Positions 12,768 through 23,900 of a stretch of 49,493 nucleotides of DNA are shown piece by piece. The stretch spans positions 33,948,990-33,998,482 of the forward strand of contig NC_068989.1 in assembly GCF_001194135.2 (NCBI RefSeq). Direction: 5' to 3'. A model generated the notes under the pieces. The model saw only the letters and a list, made by a program, of their open reading frames with translations. It made no database searches and was not told where the DNA came from. Position numbers and translations under genes: made by a program. Each line of letters begins with the position of its first letter. The stretch's first letter is position 1. The DNA is from Octopus bimaculoides (taxonomy: Eukaryota).

Positions 12768-13339
12768 AAAAATGTACTTTAATCCCCTGAGATTGCAGAT
12801 ACTGTTTCTGAATCTCTTTGATTCTTTAAATGTGCTAGCTTCCTGGTAATTAATCGCAGTGAGACAACTTGAAATCATGGATATGGAAAATTAACTTTTT
12901 CAAACTATTATCACTACTGGAGATTTATTTAAAGGACAGCAATACCTCAGCCCCTTCCTCTAACTTTTCTGCCTGATACTCTTTCCACTTCACCTCCTTT
13001 TTGATATCATACACCACTACCTACAACCCCAGGAAACCCCACTCCTTTCTCTGGCTCCACTCTTGGACTGACTACCTGCTATACTAGAATGTAACTCCTG
13101 CTCCACTATATAGACACCTAGTGTCTGTACTTGCAACTTCAGAATTATCTGTAAACTCATAATCTCTAAATATATCACAGTGGACAACATCTCATGATAT
13201 AGATGTGTGATGTCTATAGTTTTCCATACAAGATATAAGCTGTCATGATGTCTGAACATTATATCAGAATGGACAACATCCACATGCCATTATACAGAAA
13301 CTTTGTACATTCTACTAAACAAGGAGACATACATTGCCT

Positions 13340-14630
13340 AAAACTGTAAACATTGTATTCCAGAGGTTAACTTACCTACTACTACATAACTTGGTCGCAT
13401 ACGACCATATTGCAAGACATATTACTCTATATCTGGAAGGGACTTTGCATCAGCCACAGACTTGGTCTGTAGCACTCAGTAAGCTGTCCCGTAAGAATTT
13501 CCAGCTACCTTCTATGTCCGGGGACTGTAGTTCCTCCTCCCTCACATTAAATTTCTTGATGAGGATGTCCCTAAATCTCTGACCATGTGAAGGGTTTTTT
13601 AGCTTCCAAATCCTTCTCTTCTGGATTGGTCTGCTTCTAGGCATCCTCCTGGTCTCGAGTCAAAAGTCACTAATAACTAGTCTATGCTGGGGGGGGGGGC
13701 ATTCCTCACCTGGGAGGGTCCTTGTATTTAAGAGCAACCCTGTTTCCTGCTGTCTGGTGAGGATGAAATCAATCTAGCTAGCAGAATCCCTTGATTGATA
13801 GTTTATCAGGTGGCTGTCTGGCTTCCTAAACTTAGTGCTGCAGATTAAAAGGTTACATGCATCACAGAACTCCAGTAGCCTAGTTCCCTCATCATTCCGG
13901 GAACCAATACCATGGCCCCTGTGTACACCAGTGAGGATACCAGATTTCTGCCCAACATGCCCATTGAAATCTCCAAAGATGAGGTCATTGCTACTCGTCT
14001 TTGAGGTAGCCTGTAGAAGGGTATCATAAAAGTGGTCCTTCTGATCATTTGGTAGCCCGCATGTGGGGCGTAGGCACAGATAATTGTAGCCATGCTGTTC
14101 TGCAGGACTAGCCTGAGCTTAAACACTCTATCACATACCCTAACATCCTCTATAACCTTATCCACCCATTTCTCCACAAGGAGTATGCCTACACCCCTAT
14201 GCCATCCATGTTACCTTGCCAGAAGACTTTATACCTATGTGCCTTGCCAGTGAGAAGCTGAAGCTCCTTTCCATCTTACCTTTTGTATGCAGCATACATC
14301 AACCCATCTCCTTTCAAGCATCTCTACAATCTCACTCAACCTACCTTTCAGTGTGCCAACATTGACAGTGCAAACTCTGAAAACTGGGAAGGGAATGCGG
14401 GGTGGGGCTTGGGGAGGAGAGATGTTATTCAGCGCCTGAAAAGAAGAGGGAGGTTGTTGTGATTGTTTTTTAGGCATGCTTCATCTGTTCTCTGTTCTGA
14501 CCTGACAACATTCAAACATTCAAGCATGTTAAGATTGTTGCCCCTACTGGAGGTAGGAGCTGGTGTTAGCGGCATTGTTAGCATAAGCATTATGGTCATT
14601 GAATGATGTAAATTTAAGCGGTGTAGCAAA
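13340..14630 (-). mobile_element. RTE-type LINE 5' part with AP-endonuclease domain, degenerate
   Basis: CTVNVGTLKGR...VDVCCIQ, IICAYAPH, GDFNGHVG and WKFLRDSLLSATDQVCG motifs across frames. Confidence 0.85.
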
Positions 14631-14744
14631 ATATGGATAAATTGATAATTTATCCTGACTGACTGCTAACCAGTACACTTTCCCTCTCTTCATTTCTTTA
14701 TTTTCTCTCTCCCCACTTTTTTTTCCTCTCTTCCTGTTTTTGAT

Positions 14745-15130
14745 TTGACCTTACAAACACATTCCCAACTTTTAAGTCACTTCAAAAAAACCCTCGATTC
14801 AATAACACCATTTACAAACTCTATGCTTGGAATGAGCAATTTTAAATACTATTGGAACTCACATACAAGTTACAGGAAACTTATATGTATACCATTCTGC
14901 TTAAATAATGGAACTGCAGATACAATATCCCTGCATATCTCCCGTCTGTTTTCATTACTCCACTTCACACTATTTCATATCTTCTCTAGAATAACTATTG
15001 CTTAACCATTTTCTTACACCGTCACCGATGAAAGGATATATAAAATATTCTGGAAGCAGCTGTAAGACCTCTTTATAAATGTTCTGAAATCTTTCACAAC
15101 CTTGGATTTTTATCTCATTCTGATAATTTT
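14745..15130 (+). mobile_element. Probable PLE 3' remnant with a decayed hammerhead-like motif at about 15020-15070
   Basis: GTCAC-CGATGA-AAGGAT...ATTCT-GGAAGCAGCTGTA resembles CTGATGA...GAAACAGCTGTA. Heavily mutated. Confidence 0.35.
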
Positions 15131-15312
15131 TCATATATACGTATGCTGATATATGGCCGACATTAGACTCCTCATTCGCATAATCACCGAACCTGGAGCT
15201 TAACTATACTCTGTCCATAGCACTTACTCAGCATTACCTGACATCTTTGGGTCTTCTTGACACCATTACCTCTCATAACCTATATATAATGTGTGTATAC
15301 ATATTATATATA

Positions 15313-15925
15313 TATATCATCATCATCATCGTTTAACGTCTGTTTTCCGTGCTAGCATGGGTTGGACAGATCGACCGGGGTCTGGGAAGCCAGGAGGCTG
15401 CACCAGGCTCCAGTCTGATCTGGCAGTGTTTCTACAGCTGCATGCCCTTCCTAACGCCAACCACTCCATGAGTGTAGTGGGTGCTTTTTACATGCCACCA
15501 GCACGGAAGCCAGTCAGGGCGGCGCTGGCATCGGCCATGTTCGGATGGTGCTTTTTGTGTGCCATTGGTACAGGTATCACAACTAGAATTTCCATTTGAT
15601 TTTTATTTTGATGTTGATGTACTTTACTCAATAGGTCTCCTCAAGCACAGCAGGTTGCCTTACGATCCAAGGTAAGCACAGCAGGTCGTCCTACGATCCA
15701 ACGCACTTTTGAATGGGCTGGGGCTGGTTATGCGAAACTGGTGTAGGAGACAGCCATGAACTCACTTTATTTGTCGGGTCTTCGCAGTGACAGTGTATCT
15801 CCAGAGGTCTCGGCCTTTCGTCATTGCCTCTGTGATGCCCAACATTCAAAGGTCATGCTTGACCACACCATCCCATGTCTTCCTGGGTCTACCTCTACCC
15901 CGGATTCCTTCAACTGTTTGGGAAT
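15313..15925 (-). mobile_element. RTE-type LINE 3' end with 3'UTR and (GAT)n tail
   Basis: EGIRGRGRPRKTWDGVVKHDL on the minus strand, then a UTR shared with 40675-41020, ending TAAACGATGATGATG. Confidence 0.8.
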
Positions 15926-15929
15926 ATAT

Positions 15930-16660
15930 ATGTACTGTATACACACACACACACACACGCACATATATATATATATATATACTGTATATATATATATAGA
16001 CAAGTGCACATACACACACATACACAAATGGAGACTGAAACACATGACCTATTATACACGCACACTTTACTTCACACAAGGACACATATAGAGACACACG
16101 CCCACACATATGAAGATGCACATCCATACATACAAACACGGTACATAGTTGCAAAACATACACACTCAAACATGCACACACAAAGAGACAGAGGTACACA
16201 CACACACATATACATACACACATACATAAAAACACACAAACACTGACACGAAAACATGAATATGCAGAATACATACATACAAAAATACACACATACATAC
16301 ATATATACATATGCACATACATGCATATACACACACATGCATACATACATACATGCAAAACACACACACACACACACTCAAACATGCACACACAAAGAGA
16401 CAGAAGTACACACACACATATACATACACACATACACACGCACACACATACATAAAAACACACAAACACGGACACGAAAACATGAATATGCAGAATACAT
16501 ACATACAAAAATACACACATACATACATATATACATATGCACACACACGCATACATGCATATACACACACATGCATATACACACACATGCATGCATACAT
16601 ACAGGCATGTGTAGGCACACACACACTAACCCACACACATGTGCACAAACAAACAAAAAG
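15930..16660. repeat. Compound (CA)/(TA) microsatellite with a ~200-bp unit duplicated in tandem
   Basis: The block GCAAAACA...CTCAAACATGCACACACAAAGAGACAGA...GACACGAAAACATGAATATGCAGAATAC occurs at about 16151 and again at about 16355. Confidence 0.85.
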
Positions 16661-17020
16661 GAACTAAGTGTGAATAATGGACAGAGTCAAAACTAATGAA
16701 AAGGTTGCAAGACGCAACGAAAATTTCAGCAAAATAAAAAAGAAGTGGAAATTTTACTGGTGAGTGTGTTAAATTATAAGGCNNNNNNNNNNNNNNNNNN
16801 NNNNNNNNNNNNNNNNNNNNNNNNNNNNNNNNNNNNNNNNNNNNNNNNNNNNNNNNNNNNNNNNNNNNNNNNNNNNNNNNNNNNNNNNNNNNNNNNNNNN
16901 NNNNNNNNNNNNNNNNNNNNNNNNNNNNNNNNNNNNNNNNNNNNNNNNNNNNNNNNNNNNNNNNNNNNNNNNNNNNNNNNNNNNNNNNNNNNNNNNNNNN
17001 NNNNNNNNNNNNNNNNNNNN

Positions 17021-17332
17021 TATTCTTTGTAAGCCTAGTACTTATTCTATCGATCTCTGTTTGCCGAACCACTAAGTTACAGGGATGTAAACACACCAGC
17101 ATCGGTTGTCAAGCGAAGTTGGGGGGACAAACACAGACACACAAACATATACACACACATACATATATATATATACACATATATACGACGGGCTTCTTTC
17201 AGTTTCTGTCTACCAAATCCACTCACAAGGCTTTAGTCGGCCCGAGGCTATAGTAGAAGACACTTGCCCAAGGTGCCACACAGTGGGACTGAACCCGGAA
17301 CCATGTGGTTGGTAAGCAAGCTACTTACCACA
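17021..17332 (-). mobile_element. tRNA-derived SINE
   Basis: Minus-strand head TGTGTGGTAAGTAGCTTGC...GGTTCAGTCCC, then TTGGGCAAGTGTCTTCTACTATAGC, an internal (TG/TA)n and a GATAGAATAAGTAC tail. Confidence 0.8.
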
Positions 17333-17334
17333 CA

Positions 17335-17745
17335 TGGGGGAATTCACAAAAAAAAACATCAAACGAAAACAGGTGGTGTAGAAAACAAATAGATGTATTA
17401 GTATAACGCAGGGGAATTGAAAAAGTCTTTAATGTTTCGAGCCTATGCTCTTCCACAGAAAGGAACAGAGAAAGAAACAAGGAGAGAAACGAGTAGGGGA
17501 AAAAAAATGTGTGTAGTGGTTAGCGATCTATCATGGCGAATGCCGAACAGAATTGTCACAAAGGAGAGTTAAGAAGAAGAGGAGATAACAAAGTAGTAGT
17601 GATCCCAAAACGAAGGTGCGCATGTGTAAGAGAATGCTGCTGATCTTGACGTATGCATGTGTGTATGTGTAGGTGTGAAAATGTGGGGATTGGAATTGGT
17701 CAGTGCTGGGGTATGCATGGTGGTGTGTTATGATGTGTTGTGTGG
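17335..17745 (-). mobile_element. PLE 3' tail copy, same family as 48745-49493
   Basis: High similarity to 48745-49130, including the hammerhead-like motif at 17427-17462. Runs into the N gap. Confidence 0.75.
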
Positions 17746-18670
17746 NNNNNNNNNNNNNNNNNNNNNNNNNNNNNNNNNNNNNNNNNNNNNNNNNNNNNNN
17801 NNNNNNNNNNNNNNNNNNNNNNNNNNNNNNNNNNNNNNNNNNNNNNNNNNNNNNNNNNNNNNNNNNNNNNNNNNNNNNNNNNNNNNNNNNNNNNNNNNNN
17901 NNNNNNNNNNNNNNNNNNNNNNNNNNNNNNNNNNNNNNNNNNNNNNNNNNNNNNNNNNNNNNNNNNNNNNNNNNNNNNNNNNNNNNNNNNNNNNNNNNNN
18001 NNNNNNNNNNNNNNNNNNNNNNNNNNNNNNNNNNNNNNNNNNNNNNNNNNNNNNNNNNNNNNNNNNNNNNNNNNNNNNNNNNNNNNNNNNNNNNNNNNNN
18101 NNNNNNNNNNNNNNNNNNNNNNNNNNNNNNNNNNNNNNNNNNNNNNNNNNNNNNNNNNNNNNNNNNNNNNNNNNNNNNNNNNNNNNNNNNNNNNNNNNNN
18201 NNNNNNNNNNNNNNNNNNNNNNNNNNNNNNNNNNNNNNNNNNNNNNNNNNNNNNNNNNNNNNNNNNNNNNNNNNNNNNNNNNNNNNNNNNNNNNNNNNNN
18301 NNNNNNNNNNNNNNNNNNNNNNNNNNNNNNNNNNNNNNNNNNNNNNNNNNNNNNNNNNNNNNNNNNNNNNNNNNNNNNNNNNNNNNNNNNNNNNNNNNNN
18401 NNNNNNNNNNNNNNNNNNNNNNNNNNNNNNNNNNNNNNNNNNNNNNNNNNNNNNNNNNNNNNNNNNNNNNNNNNNNNNNNNNNNNNNNNNNNNNNNNNNN
18501 NNNNNNNNNNNNNNNNNNNNNNNNNNNNNNNNNNNNNNNNNNNNNNNNNNNNNNNNNNNNNNNNNNNNNNNNNNNNNNNNNNNNNNNNNNNNNNNNNNNN
18601 NNNNNNNNNNNNNNNNNNNNNNNNNNNNNNNNNNNNNNNNNNNNNNNNNNNNNNNNNNNNNNNNNNNNNN

Positions 18671-18701
<31 letters not shown>

Positions 18702-18719
18702 TGTATGTATGTATATATT

Positions 18720-19045
18720 CACCACCCCACACCACTCTGCACATATTAGCACTGACCACTTCCCAGCAGCCATACCATCATCCACACACACACTTTACAG
18801 ATGTGCACTCTTACACATGTGCACATCTACATGTTAAAGTCACCAGCCCCTATCCACATACACACACTTCCACACTCTCACATATACATACGCATGTGCC
18901 CCTTAGTTTGGGGATCACTAGTGCTTTATTATCTCCCCTTATTCCTAGCTCTCCTGTCCAACTACCTTTTTCCAACCAGTCGCCATGATTGACCACTAAA
19001 TCCACAAGTTTTTTTCTCTCTGTTTATTTCCCCATGTTCCTTTCT
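18720..19045 (+). mobile_element. Older inverted copy of the same PLE tail family
   Basis: Reverse-complement similarity to 17460-17745 (TTTGGGGATCACTAGT..., GTCGCCATGAT..., TTCCTTTCTGTTGAAGAGC). Confidence 0.6.
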
Positions 19046-19599
19046 GTTGAAGAGCATAATATTGTATACGACTTGAGATGTTTGACTTGCCTGATTATTT
19101 GTTGTCCTGTTTAACAATTATATGTATGCGCATGCATGCACGCGCGCGCACACACACACATATGGTAAATGAATGATAGAAGATGGAAGATATGAGAATT
19201 TTTATTAATCGCTATAATTGTTTCAATACCTCATGCATCTATCATTCAAGGTTAGGATACTTAACAACTGGTTCAGGAGTATCTGGCAGTGCTGATGTGT
19301 CTGTTTGTGTGATAAAAAAACATAACTCATTGAAATAGCAATTCCACAATGTATCTTTTCATTTCATGTAAAGAAAAGCAGCAAAACAAAGGATATACCT
19401 TCATTTATATAGAAGATCAAAAATAAAATAACAGATGCAAAAAAGAATCGGCTAGGTCTGTGACCTAGTTGAAATATATATCCTTTTATTAATCCAGTCT
19501 TCCTTTCAGGAAGTAACTGGAGGTCTATACAGGGATGACTACCCTATTCTTTCTGGACAGAAGTAGTTAATTAAAATTAGAAAGGCATAGGAAAAATTT

Positions 19600-20930
19600 C
19601 TTTAGATCTTTTAAAATCTTATGACAATACATTATTATGGGAAAGGATTATCGTGAAGTAAATTGTCTTGACACTACCTTCTGTCTTGATACTGGATTAT
19701 TTGAACCATTTCGTCAGCCAAATGATCATATCAAGTACATAATTGTAGCATCCAACCATCCCCATCATAATTTCTAGATTATCTGCTAATAAAAAAATTT
19801 TGGAATCACATGCAACTTATAATGCTGCTTTAACTAAGGCTGGGTACCATGAGAAAATTCAATATATACAAGAAGTAGCAAGCAGGCATACCCAGCACTG
19901 TCAATTCCTCCAATAATAATATACATTTTACACTATCACAACATTATGGTATGAGAATTTACTCTGATCGAGAATACAGGCCAGGAAGAATTAGCCAAGG
20001 CAATTAATTACCAACGAAAACTCAGACACACACAACATAATAATCCAACTGCTCATAACACAGTAAATTGTTCTAATCCTGTACAACACAGTAGATCAAA
20101 TAAGCCAAACAACAGATATAGAAATCATGATGTCCTCTGGTTCAACCCAATTTTCAGTTTGCATGCTTCAACCAAGATCGCTGAAAAAAATTTTGCTGCT
20201 TTGGACAAATGTTTTCCTAAATCTAATAGATACCTTGCTATTTTTAATCTGCATGCCATGAAAGTATCCTATGCTAACATTTACTAATTTAGAGCAGCAT
20301 ATGCACTGCATAAACAATAGTAAAATGCAACAACAGTTCAATAACCCACCTACTGGATCTAGCAAATGAAGGAGATATAAACCACAATGAAAAGCACCAA
20401 ATATGGCCAAATTGTAATAGTAGAAAGGATTATGATATAGCTAACATAGTAACAATGTCGGAAAATGAAGTCAGAACTGCTATATACACAAATAAGTATG
20501 ATGAATGCTCATGCAGAGAAAAATTTAAATGACCATTGATAAACCTCTGTATGAGTACAAATCTTGTATATAGATGTACCATGCACACAGGGGGAGGGTC
20601 ATATGTTTACATTGGGCAGACAGCTGATTCATTTAAGAATTGTTATCATAACCATGTCGCCAGCTTCAAGAGTATCAATTAGAGACATTCAACATGTTTG
20701 GCTGATTTCGTGTGCTGACTGAAAGATGAGAAAATTAAGTATAGCATAACTTGGTCCATAGTAAGGCATGCAAAACCATACAATATCATTTCCAGGAGAT
20801 GCTGACTCTGCTCTGAGGAATCCTTGTCTTTTTTGTGGACCGATGAGAAGATCATTAATAGAATTTCTGAAAGACTCTCAAGATGTCTACATGCATATAA
20901 ATGTACTTTCACAAAATGCAGTGGGAATGA
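19600..20930 (+). mobile_element. Degenerate Penelope-like element (RT thumb, linker and GIY-YIG)
   Basis: VNCLDTTFCLDTGLFEPFRQPND...SNHP, WFNPIFS...FNLHAMKVSY and LVYRC...YIGQTADSFKNCYHNH...AKPY...C.LCSEE. Confidence 0.85.
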
Positions 20931-21399
20931 ATTTGAGAAATTGTTAACAGAATTTACTTTAAGGTATGGATAAATTAAGTTTAGCTTTAACCTTCCCATT
21001 CTTGTAAATACCAAGTAGCTACTTAACTCGCTATGTGAACGTGTGAGCACCAAACCACACGTGTGCATATGCTTGCATCTTCGTGGATGCTAGTATGAAT
21101 GAGTGTACATGCAGCTTGCGTGAGGGCATTTATACATCCATATCTGTTAATAGTTATTTTTAATACTTTTCTCGCTGTATTGTGTGTTCATTTCTTTTTC
21201 GCACCTGTTATTTTATTTTTGATCTATATAAATGAAGATATCCTTTGTTTTGCTGTTTATACATACATATATGTGTGTGTGTGTGTTATGGTATATTCTG
21301 TTAAGAATGTAATAGAGTACAGTATAAAGCTCGTCCACCTTCAGATTTCACCATGCTATCCAGTAGTAGTATAATACGTACTTCCAGATTTGCGTTTGG

Positions 21400-21870
21400 G
21401 CATCTGTCTTGTGTGAATAGGTAACTGAAAAAATTTGGAGTCAACAAGGAGTACAGTTGGACATTTATTTTTTAATCGCTCCAATTGTTTCCACACAAGG
21501 TAATTCTCTAAGCATACAGGTACTCGATTATACGACTGTTTCCCTGCATTATGAGATTTAGTTGTGTTTCTTCAGGCAATATGTAAATATTGTCTCCGTA
21601 AGTTCAAATTCTTATCCTCTCTGTCTGTTGTGGCTTGAATTTAGTAGTAGTCACTGAGTTTATCAAGGTGTGTTGTTGCTGAAGGACCATTGGCAAACTG
21701 CTTTGAATGTGTAGATGTAGTGGGATGGTGATTCTGCTACTCTTAAAGTGATTGCTGTTTTAAAGGGATTGGCAGATTTCTTTGTACTCTTGATTTGTTC
21801 TTCATGATTGGTTACACATGCGATTGTTCTTAGCTGACCTTTAAGAATTAGCCTATATGTACACATACAT
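21400..21870 (-). mobile_element. PLE GIY-YIG remnant and tail
   Basis: CVTNHEEQIKS...NPFKT...SHYIYTFK resembles the GIY-YIG consensus. GGAAACAATTGG hammerhead-like end near 21480. Confidence 0.4.
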
Positions 21871-22169
21871 GGTGTTTACATATACATCCATATACTCCCT
21901 AACTCTCAGACAAATAAACACACACACACATGCACACATATATAGATATGTACGTGCACATGCATGCATACACATATTCAAATACATGTACACATACACA
22001 CTTATACATACATAGATGTGCATGTACGTATACATACACACACACACATATATATATAGATACATACATTCTTGCATACTAAGCATGCAGACAGGCACAC
22101 ATACATATATACAGAAATACAACCCGACACATGGATAGAGGGAAGGGGAGAGGGAGAAAGTTTACTGAA

Positions 22170-22365
22170 TTATTATTATTATTTCACTGTGTTGTATCTG
22201 GAAAATGTGAATTTGGTGTGATGGCAACATTTTGGTGTTTTCTCAGCATGCTTGTTTCCCAAGTTTTTGTTACTTAACAGAATGCACAAGGCTTCCTCAA
22301 AGCACAAGTCACATTCGCCAGATAGTATATTATATGGGTGTGCATTTTTATTATTGACCATTCCG
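22170..22365 (-). mobile_element. PLE GIY-YIG C-terminal remnant
   Basis: HPYNILSGECDLCFEEALCIL...NKHAE...KCCHHTKF. Confidence 0.65.
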
Positions 22366-22559
22366 GCTTAGATATGGAGATATGGCTGTGATAACAGACC
22401 TTAAATTGGTTTTCAGAGGCTCCTATGTATGTGTATTTATGTTGTGGTGTGGTGATTGTGCATTTTTTGCATGCATCAATTCCTGAGCAGACATGCAGAT
22501 TTCTTGCAATTGCTGCAATGATTAAAATTTATTCTCCAGTAAAATCACTTCATGTTTGA

Positions 22560-23900
22560 CACCACTGTATACCAATAAAAATTTGGAGTTGTGATGGGAA
22601 CCAAGGCAGCCACCATTCTTGCAAACCTGATGATGGACTATTTAGAACTAACAGTATATCAGGAGTCACTCACAAAATTCAGAAATCCCCTTTCCTAATA
22701 CATAAAGGAAAAATGGGGAAGATATTTGGATGATCATTTCATTCTATGGAATGAGAACATGGAGAAACTTTTGGAATTCAAAAGACTTCTCAATAGAATA
22801 AATACAAATATACAATTCACAATGGAACACAACAAAAAGTAACTCCCTTTTCTAGATATACTAATCAAAAAAGTAAATAAAGAAATAGAAACTAACATAT
22901 TTTACAAAACTACAGACTTGAAACAATGCTTATTATTTAGCTCATATTAAAGACATATTAAAATAAATACATAAATACATAAATATTCTATTCAGTGTAG
23001 CAAGAAGAATCTGCACTATAGTGTCAGAAAAAACACCAAAGAACTCAGACTACAAGAACTTAAAAACATACTCATTGACAGACTTTGATTATAGATAATG
23101 CAAAAAGAATTAATATACAAACATTAAGAGAGGTCAAACAAAACAACACACCCACTCAAAAATATTACCTTATATTTCCATGTACAATCCCAGAAACAAT
23201 GAAGCATATAACACTATTATCCCAAACTTTCCTATACTACATAAGGACCCTGAGCTGTATGACATTCTATGCACCTATAAAATTATTAAAAGCAACAAAC
23301 AGCCAAAACCACTAAAAGAGATATTCACAAATGCAAAACTATACTCAAATATAACGGAAGCAAGAGTTAAAAAATATGGATGACCAAACTGTGGAACATA
23401 TCCCAATCTAATAGAAGGCTCAGAATTCCATTTTAAACAAGGACAAAAATTTTAAATTAAAATTGACTTCACTAGCGCCTCTGAAAATCTCATCTACATC
23501 AAAACATGTTCCGGACACAGAAAGAACTATATAGGCTCAAAAAGAATGTCCCTAAGATGAAGATTTACACTACACAGACAACAAATCTACCATCCCCAAT
23601 ACCGTCAAATATCACTCAGTGGTCGCATAGACAGAAGTGCTAAGGAACACCAACCATAGTTCACAATATTCCCACTATACCAATGCACAGAAAGCACCTC
23701 AACTCAACAATGACTAAATAAAGAGGCTACATTTATTGAAAAATACAAACCACAATTTAACATGAATATATAATGGACTTCACAGCTAAAAATATATCCA
23801 CTGATTATCCCCTTAGCTAAAAAACGTTATATTTACTGATTATCCCCCTTCAGCTATACTCTTCTGTATAACCAAAAAACGGTATCATACCTGCTCCTAT
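22560..23900 (+). mobile_element. Degenerate Penelope-like element (RT and GIY-YIG)
   Basis: GVVMGTKAA..LANLMM, WGRYLDD, IQFTME...LPFLDILI, ARRICTIVS, NLIY...NYIG...HRQQI and FIEKYKPQFN. Confidence 0.9.

Noticed and set aside
15756-16696. Many Cys/Val/His/Thr-rich ORFs
   Set aside because: Translations of (CA)/(TG) microsatellites.
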